Of a stretch of DNA of 64,000 bases, positions 21,349 to 31,540 are shown piece by piece. Under the pieces are notes generated by a model. It was given only the letters and a program-made list of their open reading frames with translations. It was not told where the DNA came from and did not search any database. The DNA lies in NCBI GenBank assembly GCA_015233365.1, contig JADFXU010000003.1, forward strand, positions 41,307 through 105,306, written 5' to 3'. Each line of letters opens with the position of its first letter. Positions within the stretch are counted from its first letter, which is position 1. This DNA is from Nitrospirota bacterium (GTDB lineage Bacteria > Nitrospirota > Thermodesulfovibrionia > Thermodesulfovibrionales > Dissulfurispiraceae). The translations under genes were made by a program, and so were the position numbers.

Positions 21349-22415
21349 ATAATAATGGTATAAGAGTATTATTAATAGAAGACAATCCCGGAGACGCCCG
21401 TCTTATCAGGGAAATGCTGACGGACGCGAAAAGCGTGCCTTTCATACTGGAATGGCGCGGCAGGCTGAGTGAGGGATTGCAGAAGCTGACTCAGGATGGA
21501 GCGGATGTAGTCCTGCTGGATTTGGAATTGCCTGACAGTCAGGGGCTGGACACATATGCGAACCTGCATTCCCAATTTTCGGGCGTGCCGATTGTGGTAC
21601 TGTCCGGCCTTCCCGATGAGTCGCTGGCAGTAAAAGCAGTCAGCGACGGAGCGCAGGACTATTTGGTCAAAGGGCAGATTGACGGCAAACTGCTGGCGCG
21701 TTCCATCAGGTATGCTATCGAGCGCAAGAAATCTGAGGATGAACTGCGGGATGCAAACACTAAATTGCGAAATCTGTACATTAACCTGCAGTCTGCAAGA
21801 GAGGAAGAACGGACCAATATAGCCCGTGAAATACATGATGAACTCGGACAGATTATGACCGCTATCAAGATGGATATAGCGTGGCTGAAAGTAAAATATT
21901 GCGATAACAAAGAGATCTCTGAAAAGGCGTCATCGACATTGAACCTCATTGACGCGACAATAAAATCCATCAAGAAGATATGCACGGAACTGAGGCCGGA
22001 TATACTGGAACATCTGGGACTAGGGGCGGCAATTCAGTGGCAGGCCGAAGAATTCCAGAACAGGACCGGAATCATGTGTGAAGTTACCGTGCAAGAGGGT
22101 ACTGTTGTAGGCAGCGACCGCTCCATAGCGCTGTTCAGGATATTTCAGGAGGCGCTCACAAATGTCCTGAGGCATGCAAATGCAACACAGGTAATAGCAA
22201 ACCTTAAAGCCGGAAACGGCAAGGTAATACTTGAAATCAGTGACAACGGCAAAGGAATTACTGAAGAGGAGATTTCAAAGCCTGATTCCTTTGGACTTTT
22301 GGGCATGCAGGAACGGGTATATCCATGGAAAGGAAGCGTCAATATCAGCGGCAGCACGGACAGGGGCACCAGAATTGAAGTGGTCCTCCCTGTAGAAGAA
22401 ACCCGCTCATTATAA
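21345..22415 (+). CDS. receiver-histidine kinase hybrid (REC + HisKA_3 + HATPase)
   Basis: 356 aa. [10 protein letters not shown]...LLDLELPD receiver domain, then [22 protein letters not shown] (HisKA_3 H-box) and an ATPase domain. ATGA overlap with the upstream receiver gene. Confidence 0.85.
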   Translation: MNNNGIRVLLIEDNPGDARLIREMLTDAKSVPFILEWRGRLSEGLQKLTQDGADVVLLDLELPDSQGLDTYANLHSQFSGVPIVVLSGLPDESLAVKAVSDGAQDYLVKGQIDGKLLARSIRYAIERKKSEDELRDANTKLRNLYINLQSAREEERTNIAREIHDELGQIMTAIKMDIAWLKVKYCDNKEISEKASSTLNLIDATIKSIKKICTELRPDILEHLGLGAAIQWQAEEFQNRTGIMCEVTVQEGTVVGSDRSIALFRIFQEALTNVLRHANATQVIANLKAGNGKVILEISDNGKGITEEEISKPDSFGLLGMQERVYPWKGSVNISGSTDRGTRIEVVLPVEETRSL

Positions 22416-22841
22416 GCTTCTTTGCTTAACCACCGCATGATACACAACTACATATGCGACAATAGCCGACACGAGTCCTATAAGTGTCGAGCCGAAAATA
22501 AAAGGCCACAGAAGAAAACGCACTTCGTTGAACAGATATGAAATACTTATGGCGTGCCATTTCATCGGGGGAATAATTTTATCAATGCCGAGAAGTTTCG
22601 CGCCGAGCCATGTTGCAAAGGTATAAATAGGCACAATCGTCCAGGGGTTAGTAACATAGACTCCGATGATTGTGACAAACTTGTTCATCCTGAACAGATA
22701 TGCAACCCCTACGCCGATTGCAGTATGCAGCCCGAGAACAGGGGACATGCCGATGAAAATACCCATTGCAAAAGAAAGCGCAATCTTTTTCGGAGAATCC
22801 TTGGTGCTGATTACTTCCCTAAGTTTATCCCGTAATGCCAA
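22410..22841 (-). CDS. DUF2062-family membrane protein
   Basis: 143 aa with 3-4 TM helices. GMSPVLGLHT...TNPWT is the typical DUF2062 pattern. Confidence 0.6.
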   Translation of the reverse strand: MALRDKLREVISTKDSPKKIALSFAMGIFIGMSPVLGLHTAIGVGVAYLFRMNKFVTIIGVYVTNPWTIVPIYTFATWLGAKLLGIDKIIPPMKWHAISISYLFNEVRFLLWPFIFGSTLIGLVSAIVAYVVVYHAVVKQRSL

Positions 22842-23892
22842 AGTGCTGGTATCCTTCCGTTTTCAGGGCTGATTCCCTGCCCGAGCGGTCAACGGCAACC
22901 CTCTCCTTTGCCGTAATTTCGCCTATGCAAAATGCATGAACGAGGCCGGGCATTGCTGCAGCTTCGGGAGGGACAGTGAATAAAAGCTCATAATCCTCGC
23001 CGCCGGACGCGGCAAGTTCAAGAGGAGACAACCCCATCTTCGCTGCGGCAAACCGCGCGCTTTCCGATACAGGGATTCTTTCGAGATATACCCGCGCACC
23101 CACGCGGCTTTCATCGCATATCCTGCATAAATCCATGAACAACCCGTCGCTTATATCGATCATCGAGGTAATACAGGGCAACAGCTCACGCACGTCCCTT
23201 GCAACCGGCATCAGATGCCTTGCCAGCAGAGGCTTTATCCTGCTGCCGTCAAGCTTCACGAAACCCTCGCCGTATGTCATAACCATATCGGGCAGAGCAT
23301 CTGCATCTTTCTTCCACTGTTTTACCGCTTCCCTGGATTCGGGGGCGAGTCTCTTCAGCAGTTCCAGCCCGCACGCCGCATCACCAGTTGCCGAAGTCAC
23401 ATAAATCCCGTCGCCGGGAGCAGCCCCGGTTCGCGTGACAATCTTGCCGGCTGTGCCGATTACCGTGGCTGAAAGGACCATGTCATTCCGGGCCGCAGAT
23501 AAATCTCCTCCGAGCAGCGCCACCCCATACCGTCCGGAAGCAAACGCAATGCCGTCGTAAAACTCCCGTAAGAAAGTTTCATCAGTATCCCCTTTCATCG
23601 ACAGAGTAAGGAAGAGGTAGCGCGGAGTGCCTCCCATAGCCATTATGTCACTGACATTAACAGAGACGAGCTTGAACCCGAGATGAAAAGGGGCGGTATA
23701 ACTCAAATCAAAATGGACCCCTTCATGCATCATATCGGCGGTAACCAATACTTTTTCTTTGGGAGGAGCTATAGCAGCGGCATCATCTCCGATACCGATG
23801 ATGATGCCGCTGTCCCCTTGCTGTGCAGGAACGTTAAACCTTCTTCTTATTTCTTCGAGAAGCTTTAATTCTCCGATCTGCCGGAGTTGCAT
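22825..23892 (-). CDS. thiL: thiamine-monophosphate kinase
   Basis: AIR-synthase-like fold motifs [16 protein letters not shown] and GGDLS. I prefer the second Met ([19 protein letters not shown]) as the start; the track start is 23931. Either start overlaps the lon 3' end. Confidence 0.85.
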   Translation of the reverse strand: MQLRQIGELKLLEEIRRRFNVPAQQGDSGIIIGIGDDAAAIAPPKEKVLVTADMMHEGVHFDLSYTAPFHLGFKLVSVNVSDIMAMGGTPRYLFLTLSMKGDTDETFLREFYDGIAFASGRYGVALLGGDLSAARNDMVLSATVIGTAGKIVTRTGAAPGDGIYVTSATGDAACGLELLKRLAPESREAVKQWKKDADALPDMVMTYGEGFVKLDGSRIKPLLARHLMPVARDVRELLPCITSMIDISDGLFMDLCRICDESRVGARVYLERIPVSESARFAAAKMGLSPLELAASGGEDYELLFTVPPEAAAMPGLVHAFCIGEITAKERVAVDRSGRESALKTEGYQHFGITG

Positions 23893-26368
23893 GCGTGACC
23901 TTTGAACGCTTTGTGCTGCGAAGCGTCGCACCAGTTTTTATTGCCTTCCGGTCATTCTTACCGGACGATTTTCTTTTAGGGGCCCCGGCCTTTGCCGCTC
24001 TTTTGGCGACGAGGGCGTTTTTCAATACTTCATCCATAGTATCCACAACCACAAAGGTCATCCCTTCCTTAACATATTTTGGAAGGTCGTCGAGGTCCTT
24101 CTTGTTTCTACGCGGAATAATAACTGTCTTTATTCCCATCCTCTTGGCGGCGAGGGCTTTTTCCTTGAGGCCGCCGATAGGCAGCACCCTGCCCCGCAGC
24201 GTAACTTCACCGGTCATAGCAACATCCTTTCGCACAGCTCTGCCGGTCAATGCAGAGGCAATTGAGGTCCCCATCGTAATTCCGGCTGACGGCCCGTCCT
24301 TGGGAATAGCACCGGCAGGGACATGAATATGCAAATCGATACCGGAAAACGTGTCCTCACTCAACCCGAGTTCGGCTGCGCGGGATTTAATGTAGCTCAA
24401 CGCTGCCTGTGCCGACTCTTTCATAACGTCTCCAAGCTGCCCGGTAAGCGTGAGATTACCCTTCCCCTTCATCATCGTCGCTTCGACATATATGACATCG
24501 CCTCCCGCCTCAGTCCAGGCGAGCCCGGTTGCAACACCGACTTCATTAACCTTCATCTCCTCTTCAGGAAGAAACTTCGGAACTCCAAGATATTTATGAA
24601 CATTTTTTCCAGTCATGACAAATGTCCCGGTCTTCCCCTCGGCAACCAGCTTTGCCACCTTCCTGCACAGATTGGCTATCTCACGTTCAAGATTTCTGAC
24701 GCCGGCTTCCCGCGTATATTGCGATATTATTTGCCGGACGGCAGACTCGCCTATTTGCAGTATCTTTGTGCTTATGCCATGTTCATCGAGCTGCTTGGGT
24801 ACCAGATACTTCTTGGCTATATGGAGCTTTTCCTCCTCGGTGTATCCCGACAAATACAGGATTTCCATCCGATCCCTCAACGGCCCTGGAATAGTGTCGG
24901 CAAGATTACCCGTCGTTATAAACATTACATTGGACAGATCGAAAGGCACGGCCAGATAATGGTCCGAAAAAGAGTTGTTCTGCTCGGGGTCCAGGACTTC
25001 GAGCAGCGCGGAAGACGGGTCGCCCCGGAAGTCCGAACCTATTTTATCGATCTCATCCAGCATGAATACCGGGTTGTTCGTACCGGCCTGCTTAATGCCC
25101 TGTATTATCCGCCCCGGAAGAGCGCCTACGTATGTCCTTCTGTGGCCCCTTATCTCCGCTTCGTCGCGCACCCCTCCGAGAGACATCCTGACAAACTCCC
25201 TTCCAAGAGCGCGTGCAATAGAACGGCCGAGTGACGTCTTGCCCACGCCCGGCGGGCCTATAAAGCAGAGGATCGGGCCTTTCATCTTCTCTTTCAGTTT
25301 CCTGACGCTCAGGTATTCGAGAATCCTTTCTTTCACCTTCTCCAGGTCATAATGGTCATCATTAAGCACCTTTTCCGCTTTTTGTATATCCAGCTGGTCC
25401 TTAGTGCCCTTTGACCATGGTATTTCGGTAAGCCATTCAAGGTATGTCCTTATCGTGCCGGCTTCAGCGCTGTCGGGATGCATCTTCTCGATCCGCTTGA
25501 GCTGTTTCTCGGCTTCTTTCATGACCTTTTCAGGCATCTTCGCATCTTCTATTTTTTTCTTGAATTCCCTCGCCTCTTCCGCGCGCTCATCGATGTCACC
25601 GAGTTCCCGCTGTATTGCTTTCAGCTGCTCCCTGAGGAAGTATTCCCGCTGCGTCTTGTCTATTTCGCCCCGCGCCTCGGTCTGGATCTTTTGTTGAATG
25701 GTCAGCAGTTGGACCTCGCGGCTGAGGATTTCCCCCACCCTCTTCAAACGCCTGACCGGATCCGACATTTCCAGTATTTCCTGCGCCTGGTCGGTCTTAA
25801 GCCCGAGATTGGCAGTAACAAGGTCCGCAAGCCTCCCCGGATCTTCTATGTTCTCGATCACAACCATGACGTCGGGCAGGACCGTTTTTCCAAGGCCCAC
25901 CACTTTATCCATCTGTTCCTTGACATTCCGTATCAATGCCTCGTTTTCAATGGATGTTTCAGCCGGTTTTTCCTCGCTGACCTTCTCAATGTCGGCCATA
26001 AAGAACGGTTCCTGCTGCGTAAATCCGCTTACCCTCGCCTTATTCAATCCCTGAACAAGGATCTTGACCCGCCCGTCAGGGAGTTTCAGCATCCTCATGA
26101 TCATACAAACCGTGCCCATCAAATACAGATCATCGACAGCGGGCGTCTCGACATTCAAATCCTTCTGGGCCAGGAGCAGGACCATCCTGTTGGTATTCAG
26201 GGCGTGGTCGATCGCCTTTATGGATATATCCCTGCCCACAAACAAGGGCAGAATCATATATGGGAAAATGACTATATCCCTGACCGGCAGCACCGGAACG
26301 GTATCTGGGATTTCTACTTCCTTCGTCTCCTCTTTACCGCCAACTTCAGCCATCTTCGATTCCTCCAT
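23834..26368 (-). CDS. lon: ATP-dependent Lon protease (LonA) with a ~50-aa basic C-terminal extension
   Basis: 844 aa. LON N-domain, Walker [10 protein letters not shown], and a proteolytic domain with DGPSAGITM (catalytic Ser). The tail [20 protein letters not shown]...RRNKKKV follows the usual end of Lon proteins. Confidence 0.95.
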   Translation of the reverse strand: MEESKMAEVGGKEETKEVEIPDTVPVLPVRDIVIFPYMILPLFVGRDISIKAIDHALNTNRMVLLLAQKDLNVETPAVDDLYLMGTVCMIMRMLKLPDGRVKILVQGLNKARVSGFTQQEPFFMADIEKVSEEKPAETSIENEALIRNVKEQMDKVVGLGKTVLPDVMVVIENIEDPGRLADLVTANLGLKTDQAQEILEMSDPVRRLKRVGEILSREVQLLTIQQKIQTEARGEIDKTQREYFLREQLKAIQRELGDIDERAEEAREFKKKIEDAKMPEKVMKEAEKQLKRIEKMHPDSAEAGTIRTYLEWLTEIPWSKGTKDQLDIQKAEKVLNDDHYDLEKVKERILEYLSVRKLKEKMKGPILCFIGPPGVGKTSLGRSIARALGREFVRMSLGGVRDEAEIRGHRRTYVGALPGRIIQGIKQAGTNNPVFMLDEIDKIGSDFRGDPSSALLEVLDPEQNNSFSDHYLAVPFDLSNVMFITTGNLADTIPGPLRDRMEILYLSGYTEEEKLHIAKKYLVPKQLDEHGISTKILQIGESAVRQIISQYTREAGVRNLEREIANLCRKVAKLVAEGKTGTFVMTGKNVHKYLGVPKFLPEEEMKVNEVGVATGLAWTEAGGDVIYVEATMMKGKGNLTLTGQLGDVMKESAQAALSYIKSRAAELGLSEDTFSGIDLHIHVPAGAIPKDGPSAGITMGTSIASALTGRAVRKDVAMTGEVTLRGRVLPIGGLKEKALAAKRMGIKTVIIPRRNKKDLDDLPKYVKEGMTFVVVDTMDEVLKNALVAKRAAKAGAPKRKSSGKNDRKAIKTGATLRSTKRSKVTHATPADRRIKASRRNKKKV

Positions 26369-26421
26369 ACCTTATCAGCACCCCCAAAAAAATTACACAA
26401 CTAATTAGGCCAATTAACGTA

Positions 26422-26808
26422 TTATTCCTTATCTTCAATTTCCTTTTTTACTGTTATTGCTATGGCCCGGCGCTCCAGCTTCGGGAACCTGACGCTTATG
26501 ACGCCGCGCCCGCAAGATGCCGTTCCTTCAGAGACATTCACCGGGACCGGAAATTTTATCACTCTTCTAAAACCTCTTGTGCCGCGTTCCATGCATATAT
26601 ATTTCAGACCGGCATCGCTTTCGCCGTATTTTACTATCCCTTCAAGAATCAGCACATCCCCGTCAGCTGTTACAGATACGTCCTCAGGTCCCACGCCCGG
26701 CAAATCAATTTCAAAAACAAGCTCGCCGTCCGTTTCATAAATGTCCATCAGCGGCCAGACAGACGATTCCGCGTGGTATAAACAGATTCTTTTTTGCACA
26801 CTTTTCAT
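26422..26808 (-). CDS. Hsp20/alpha-crystallin family small heat-shock protein
   Basis: 128 aa. PLMDIYETDGELVFEIDLPGV...G.F.R.I.LP alpha-crystallin domain pattern. Confidence 0.85.
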   Translation of the reverse strand: MKSVQKRICLYHAESSVWPLMDIYETDGELVFEIDLPGVGPEDVSVTADGDVLILEGIVKYGESDAGLKYICMERGTRGFRRVIKFPVPVNVSEGTASCGRGVISVRFPKLERRAIAITVKKEIEDKE

Positions 26809-26809
26809 T

Positions 26810-27676
26810 TTACTGCTTCAATCTCTGTACCATGTACTCCCTGAAATCCCCGGCCAATTCCTTATTCCTGAGAGCAAAGTCAACGGTCGCCTTCAAATAT
26901 CCCAGTTTGTCTCCGGCATCGAACCTGTTGCCTCTGATCAAATAACCGTAAATCACACGCCGGTTCAGCAATGCCCTCAACGCATCGGTAAGCTGGATTT
27001 CGCCGCCGGCGCCGGGTTTCTGTTTTTCAAGAATATCGAAAATATCGGGCGTAAGAATATATCTTCCTATTATAGCCAGATTCGACGGGGCTACCTCGGG
27101 TTTCGGCTTCTCGACCAGATCTTTTATTCTATATACGTCCCCATCGAGCACCCCGTCGATAATACCATACCTGGACACCTCCGATTTGGGGACTTCCTCA
27201 AGGGCAATGACCGGGCATTTCAGTTCATCATACACCCGTATCATTTCCTGAAGCAGAAAACATTCGGGATCTATTACGTCATCGCTCAGTATTACAGCGA
27301 AAGGCTCATCTTTTACAAATGGTTTGGCACAAAGAATCGCATGACCCAGACCAAGCGCAACACGCTGCCTGATGTACGCAAAGTTGACATGGCTCATCTT
27401 GTTGATCTCCTCGAGCAGCTTCTTCTTCCCTGAGTTCCTGAGTTTCTCTTCCAGTTCATAAGCAGAGTCGAAATGGTCTTCTATGGCACGTTTATATTTC
27501 CCCGTTATAACCACAAACTCCTCGATTCCGCAGGCCATCGCCTCTTCAACAGCATACTGAATCAGCGGTTTGTCAATTATCGGCATCATTTCCTTGGGTG
27601 ATGCCTTGGTTGCAGGTAAAAAACGCGTCCCGAGCCCGGCTGCCGGGAATATCGCCTTCGTTATGTTTCGTTTCAT
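26810..27676 (-). CDS. galU: UTP--glucose-1-phosphate uridylyltransferase
   Basis: 288 aa. KAIFPAAGLGTRFLPATKASPKEMMPIIDKPLIQY is the canonical GalU N-terminus. Confidence 0.9.
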   Translation of the reverse strand: MKRNITKAIFPAAGLGTRFLPATKASPKEMMPIIDKPLIQYAVEEAMACGIEEFVVITGKYKRAIEDHFDSAYELEEKLRNSGKKKLLEEINKMSHVNFAYIRQRVALGLGHAILCAKPFVKDEPFAVILSDDVIDPECFLLQEMIRVYDELKCPVIALEEVPKSEVSRYGIIDGVLDGDVYRIKDLVEKPKPEVAPSNLAIIGRYILTPDIFDILEKQKPGAGGEIQLTDALRALLNRRVIYGYLIRGNRFDAGDKLGYLKATVDFALRNKELAGDFREYMVQRLKQ

Positions 27677-27710
27677 CAGTTTATCTCCCTGATTATCAGC
27701 GTTTAATTAG

Positions 27711-27795
27711 TGCCGGAGACGAGACTTGAACTCGTACGAAACTAGGTTTCGAGGGATTTTAAGTCCCTTGCGTCTGCCAATTCCGCCACTCCGGC
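27711..27795 (-). tRNA. tRNA-Leu (anticodon UAA), class II with a long variable arm
   Basis: The reverse complement is GCCGGAGTGGCGGAATTGGCAGACGCAAGGGACTTAAAATCCCTCGAAACCTAGTTTCGTACGAGTTCAAGTCTCGTCTCCGGCA. It has a 7-bp acceptor stem, anticodon stem AGGGA/TCCCT with loop CTTAAAA, and T-arm ACGAG-TTCAAGT-CTCGT. No encoded CCA. Confidence 0.9.
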
Positions 27796-27799
27796 TTCT

Positions 27800-27983
27800 T
27801 AGGGTGTGGTTACAGTTGAACTGGGCATTCCAGCATCTCAGCTTCAGACCATCTTCGGCCGGTCCTCAATCTCAAAATCCTCAATGTAGCTCTGCTACAC
27901 CTCCGGTTTTGCTCAATCGGATCGACCAAATCTGGCCCAAATCTGAGCGCTCTAATGCCCAGTTCAACTGTAACCACACCCTA
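27800..27983. repeat. foldback element E2: 30-bp perfect inverted arms around a 124-bp core
   Basis: TAGGGTGTGGTTACAGTTGAACTGGGCATT (27800-27829) is the exact reverse complement of 27954-27983. It starts 4 nt from the tRNA-Leu 5' end. Confidence 0.95.
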
Positions 27984-28140
27984 GTTAACTGACAAAAATA
28001 GCGCTATTAGAATACGATACTAGAAAACAACGTAAAGTGCAACTTTATTGTTCGTATAATTATATAATATACGAGCCACTCAATTCTCGTCCCGCGGTTT
28101 TTGTGTTAATTTTTTTTTGGGAATATTTGGAGGATATTTA

Positions 28141-29526
28141 ATGATAGACGACGGTTTTTTGCAGGAATTGTTGAAAAGGGCCCTTTCACATGGCGGTGAA
28201 TATGCCGACATTTTTATAGAGCACAGAGAGACAACATCCATACAGCTCGAGGACGACAGGATTGAAAAAGTAATCTCCGGTTCCTTCTCGGGCTTAGGCA
28301 TCCGCCTCATTTATAATGGGAAAACGGCATATGCCTTCAGCAATGATTTTTCGAAGAGTGTCCTTTCAGGACTGGCTGCCACGGTCAGCAAGGCTGCAAC
28401 AGATTCTGAACGGAATATCGTAATGGATATGAAACAGCAGCGGCCCGGGCTGGTTCTTTCAAGCAAAATACCTCCCGCGTCAGTGCCGCTGGACAGGAAA
28501 GTTGCATTGACAAGGCAGGGCAATATGGCCGCCCGGTCCATGGACACCCGGATTAAACAGGTTAATATCATTTACAGGGACTCGCTGCAAAAGGTAAAAA
28601 TGGCTTCTTCAGACGGCATCATCGCAAATGATGAGCGCTCATACACCATGGGGATGGCCCACGTCATCGCTGCGGACGGGGCTTCCATTCAGACCGGGTA
28701 TGAGGCAGCAGGGGGCCTTACAGGATACGAATTATTCGACACATATCCAATGGACACGCTGGCCGAAACAGCGGCCCGGAGGGCCGTCCTGCTGCTGGGC
28801 GCACGAAAAGCTCCGGGCGGCAGAATGCCGGTCATCATCTCCTCTGCTGCCGGAGGGACCATGATCCATGAGGCAATAGGACACGGCCTGGAAGCCGACC
28901 TTGCGAGGCAGGGCTTATCTGTTTACTCAAATAAACTCGGACAACGCGTGGCTTCCCCGGTTGTTACCGTCATTGATGATGCTACAATCCCTGACAAACG
29001 CGGGTCGTTTTCCGTGGACGACGAAGGTGTGCAATCCCAAAAGAATATATTGGTGAGCGAGGGCATTCTCAGCGGTTATATGTACGATAAATACAATGCA
29101 TTTATAGATAAAACCAATTCCACGGGCAACGGCAGGAGAGAATCTTATGAGCACAAGCCGATACCGCGCATGACCAACACCATGATCGCTCCGGGAAACT
29201 TCTCACCTGAGGAAGTGCTGAGGTCCGTTTCGAGCGGCTTGCTCGTAAAAAAGATGGGCGGTGGACAAGTGAATACCGTGACAGGAGATTTTGTCTTCGA
29301 TGTACAGGAAGGGTATCTCATCGAAAACGGCCGCCCCGGTGATCCGGTCAGGGGAGCTACTCTTGTCGGCAACGGCCCGGAGGTTTTATTGTCAATAGAT
29401 ATGGTCGCCTCGGATCTTGGTTTTTCCATCGGCACCTGCGGCAAAGATTCTCAGGGCGTCCCTGTATCAGACGCAATGCCGACATTGAGAATCCCCGAAA
29501 TGGTCGTGGGAGGAGAGGTAAGCTAA
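28141..29526 (+). CDS. tldD: metalloprotease TldD
   Basis: HEAIGHGLEAD zinc motif and PmbA/TldD-family length. ATG 28141 follows GGAGGA, so I prefer it to the track start 28117. Confidence 0.9.
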   Translation: MIDDGFLQELLKRALSHGGEYADIFIEHRETTSIQLEDDRIEKVISGSFSGLGIRLIYNGKTAYAFSNDFSKSVLSGLAATVSKAATDSERNIVMDMKQQRPGLVLSSKIPPASVPLDRKVALTRQGNMAARSMDTRIKQVNIIYRDSLQKVKMASSDGIIANDERSYTMGMAHVIAADGASIQTGYEAAGGLTGYELFDTYPMDTLAETAARRAVLLLGARKAPGGRMPVIISSAAGGTMIHEAIGHGLEADLARQGLSVYSNKLGQRVASPVVTVIDDATIPDKRGSFSVDDEGVQSQKNILVSEGILSGYMYDKYNAFIDKTNSTGNGRRESYEHKPIPRMTNTMIAPGNFSPEEVLRSVSSGLLVKKMGGGQVNTVTGDFVFDVQEGYLIENGRPGDPVRGATLVGNGPEVLLSIDMVASDLGFSIGTCGKDSQGVPVSDAMPTLRIPEMVVGGEVS

Positions 29527-29708
29527 GAGTCCAGAGCTAAGAGCCAAAAGACCAGGAATCTTTAAATTTCTCTGGATTTTAGCTCTTGGCTATTTTCAGA
29601 GTGGCAAAATTGACACAGCATCGAAATTAATCAACACTCTTCCCAATAAGCCGATATTGGATTATATACCTTATTTTATGGCACGCGATTTGCTTTTATT
29701 AGATTTCT

Positions 29709-30593
29709 GTGAGACTGCAACGGACAATCAAGAAAGAAGTTGTTTTTTGCGGCATAGGACTTCATACAGGAAAAAATGCATCTGTACGGCTAAAACCGGC
29801 CCCGCGTGACACAGGCATAGTATTCTACAGGGTAGATAAAGGAACTCTGATAAGGGCAACCATAGCCTCGGTGATAGATACTGCATTCGCAACTACAGTA
29901 GGCTATGATGGCGCAAAAATAAGAACGGTTGAGCACCTTCTGGCAGCGGCCGCAGGACTCGGAATTGATAATCTCATGATCGAAGTCAACGGCCCCGAAA
30001 TCCCCATTCTCGATGGCAGTTCAACAGAGCTTACCGGGATTATTCTTGACGCCGGCATATCAAAGCAAGGTAAGAATATGCCGCATTTAAAAATAATCAA
30101 ACCCGTTGTCTATGAGGATTCCAATGCCAGTGTAATGGCCCTGCCGTTTGAAGGCATGCGTATATCCTACTCCATAAACTTCAACCATCGCATTGTCGGC
30201 CACCAGAAGATGACTTTCGACCTTACCGAAGAGAACTTCGTTAAAGAGATTGCGCCTGCAAGGACATTCGGTTTTCTTAAGGACGTCGAGGCCCTAAGGG
30301 CAAACGGACTCGCAAAAGGCGGGTCTCTCGACAATGCGGTAGTGATTGGCGACGAAGGGATTCTGAATTCTTCGGGACTCAGGTTCTGTGATGAGTTTGT
30401 TCGACACAAAATACTTGATGCTATTGGAGATTTTTCACTTTTAGGGTTTCCTGTACAGGGGCATCTGCTGCTCGAGAAGGCGGGTCATACCGCCAATCTG
30501 AGATTCATAAAGAAGCTTTTAGCATCGCCTGATTGCTTCCAACTCGTTTCCGAAGTTGACCATTTGGACCGGCAAGTTTTAAACTACAGCTGA
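29709..30593 (+). CDS. lpxC: UDP-3-O-acyl-N-acetylglucosamine deacetylase
   Basis: 294 aa, GTG start. QRTIKKEVVFCGIGLHTGK, TVEHLLAA and FVRHKILDAIGD are LpxC signatures. Confidence 0.95.
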   Translation: MRLQRTIKKEVVFCGIGLHTGKNASVRLKPAPRDTGIVFYRVDKGTLIRATIASVIDTAFATTVGYDGAKIRTVEHLLAAAAGLGIDNLMIEVNGPEIPILDGSSTELTGIILDAGISKQGKNMPHLKIIKPVVYEDSNASVMALPFEGMRISYSINFNHRIVGHQKMTFDLTEENFVKEIAPARTFGFLKDVEALRANGLAKGGSLDNAVVIGDEGILNSSGLRFCDEFVRHKILDAIGDFSLLGFPVQGHLLLEKAGHTANLRFIKKLLASPDCFQLVSEVDHLDRQVLNYS

Positions 30594-30601
30594 AAAAAAA
30601 G

Positions 30602-30659
30602 AGGGAATACCCGATTTTCGATCACTCTTCCTTACAAGAAAATCAATCGGGTATTCCCT
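30602..30659. terminator. bidirectional intrinsic terminator candidate
   Basis: AGGGAATACCCGATT (30602-30616) and AATCGGGTATTCCCT (30645-30659) form a 15-bp perfect stem. It is followed by T5 on the plus strand (after lpxC) and T8 on the minus strand (after the micro-ORF). The 28-nt loop is unusually long. Confidence 0.55.
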
Positions 30660-30697
30660 AATTTTTCTACAACTCACACAACTCTTTAAAACTTTTC

Positions 30698-30775
30698 TTA
30701 TTTCTTCTTCGCGGTCTTCTTCGCTGTTGCCTTTCCAGCCGCTTTTTTTGCAGGAGCCTTTTTTGTTGCTGCCAT
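30698..30775 (-). CDS. 25-aa Lys/Ala-rich micro-protein (speculative, histone-H1-tail-like composition)
   Basis: MAATKKAPAKKAAGKATAKKTAKKK*. The ATG lies 7 nt after AAAGGGGGTG (strong SD). The stop is followed by the 30602-30659 hairpin with a T8 run on this strand. Confidence 0.35.
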   Translation of the reverse strand: MAATKKAPAKKAAGKATAKKTAKKK

Positions 30776-30832
30776 TTTATTCACCCCCTTTCAGTCCCGG
30801 AAGTTTATCGCAAAGCATATTCCGGGCCTCCT

Positions 30833-31381
30833 TTATTTAACCCTCCCCAACAGAGTAATCCTCTTCTCTGACAGGATGCGCTTTAAGCTGATATCTTTTT
30901 TCTTTCTTATCTTATAGTCGGATTCCTCGATAACAGAGCAATTTATTTTTTTGCCGAACTTGTTCTCGATATCCTTTAATCCAAACCAAAGTGCAGGCGT
31001 GGACGGACCAATAACAACCAAATCCACTGTCTGGGCCTCTTCCCCCTCGGCATACGCTCCGTAAATGAAAGCGATGGTCACACCATTGGCCCTCAAAAGG
31101 CTTTTCAGCGCGCCGGGGAGTCCAAGAGATTTTGCGATAAGATTTTTCAGCTCGGAGTACAAGGGAGAGTTATCATTGGCCTGGAAATATTTAAGGTTGG
31201 CAACTTTCTCGCTGAACACGATTCCCATCTCTTCAAGTTTATCCAGTTCTCTTTTCACTCCGGACGGGTTCTTTCTTAAGAGTTTTGCGATTTCCCGCAT
31301 GTAAAACTTCTCATCCGGGCTGTTCAACAACAGCGCCAGAACGTCTGCTCGTATGGATGATGAAAATAAACTTTTAAGCAT
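30833..31381 (-). CDS. winged-helix (ArsR-like) DNA-binding protein with a degenerate nucleotidyltransferase-like C-terminal domain
   Basis: 182 aa. N-terminal IRADVLALLLNSPDEKFYMREIAKLL...VKRELDKLEEMGIV wHTH. The C-terminal IYGAYAEGEEAQTVDLVVIG resembles the GSxxRGE...DxD minimal NTase motif but lacks the Ser and Arg. A TTGACA-N17-TATATT promoter lies at 31402-31430. Confidence 0.65.
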   Translation of the reverse strand: MLKSLFSSSIRADVLALLLNSPDEKFYMREIAKLLRKNPSGVKRELDKLEEMGIVFSEKVANLKYFQANDNSPLYSELKNLIAKSLGLPGALKSLLRANGVTIAFIYGAYAEGEEAQTVDLVVIGPSTPALWFGLKDIENKFGKKINCSVIEESDYKIRKKKDISLKRILSEKRITLLGRVK

Positions 31382-31540
31382 CCCTTTTTTCCGTTACCGT
31401 AAATATAAACAATAATATATTTTTTGTCAACAAAAAAATTACATTTTCAAACGATAGTTGTTTTTTATGAAACGATCGTTTTAATAAAGGATACAATAAG
31501 GTGAGGAATGGTCTGTTAAAATGAGGAATAATTCGACAAT

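Noticed and set aside
29527-29708. A repetitive AGAGCTAAGAGCC / TAGCTCTTGGCT segment after tldD.
   Set aside because: Only 5-7-bp pairings can be drawn (TCCAGAG/CTCTGGA). It looks like a weak terminator or degenerate repeat, not a fifth foldback element.
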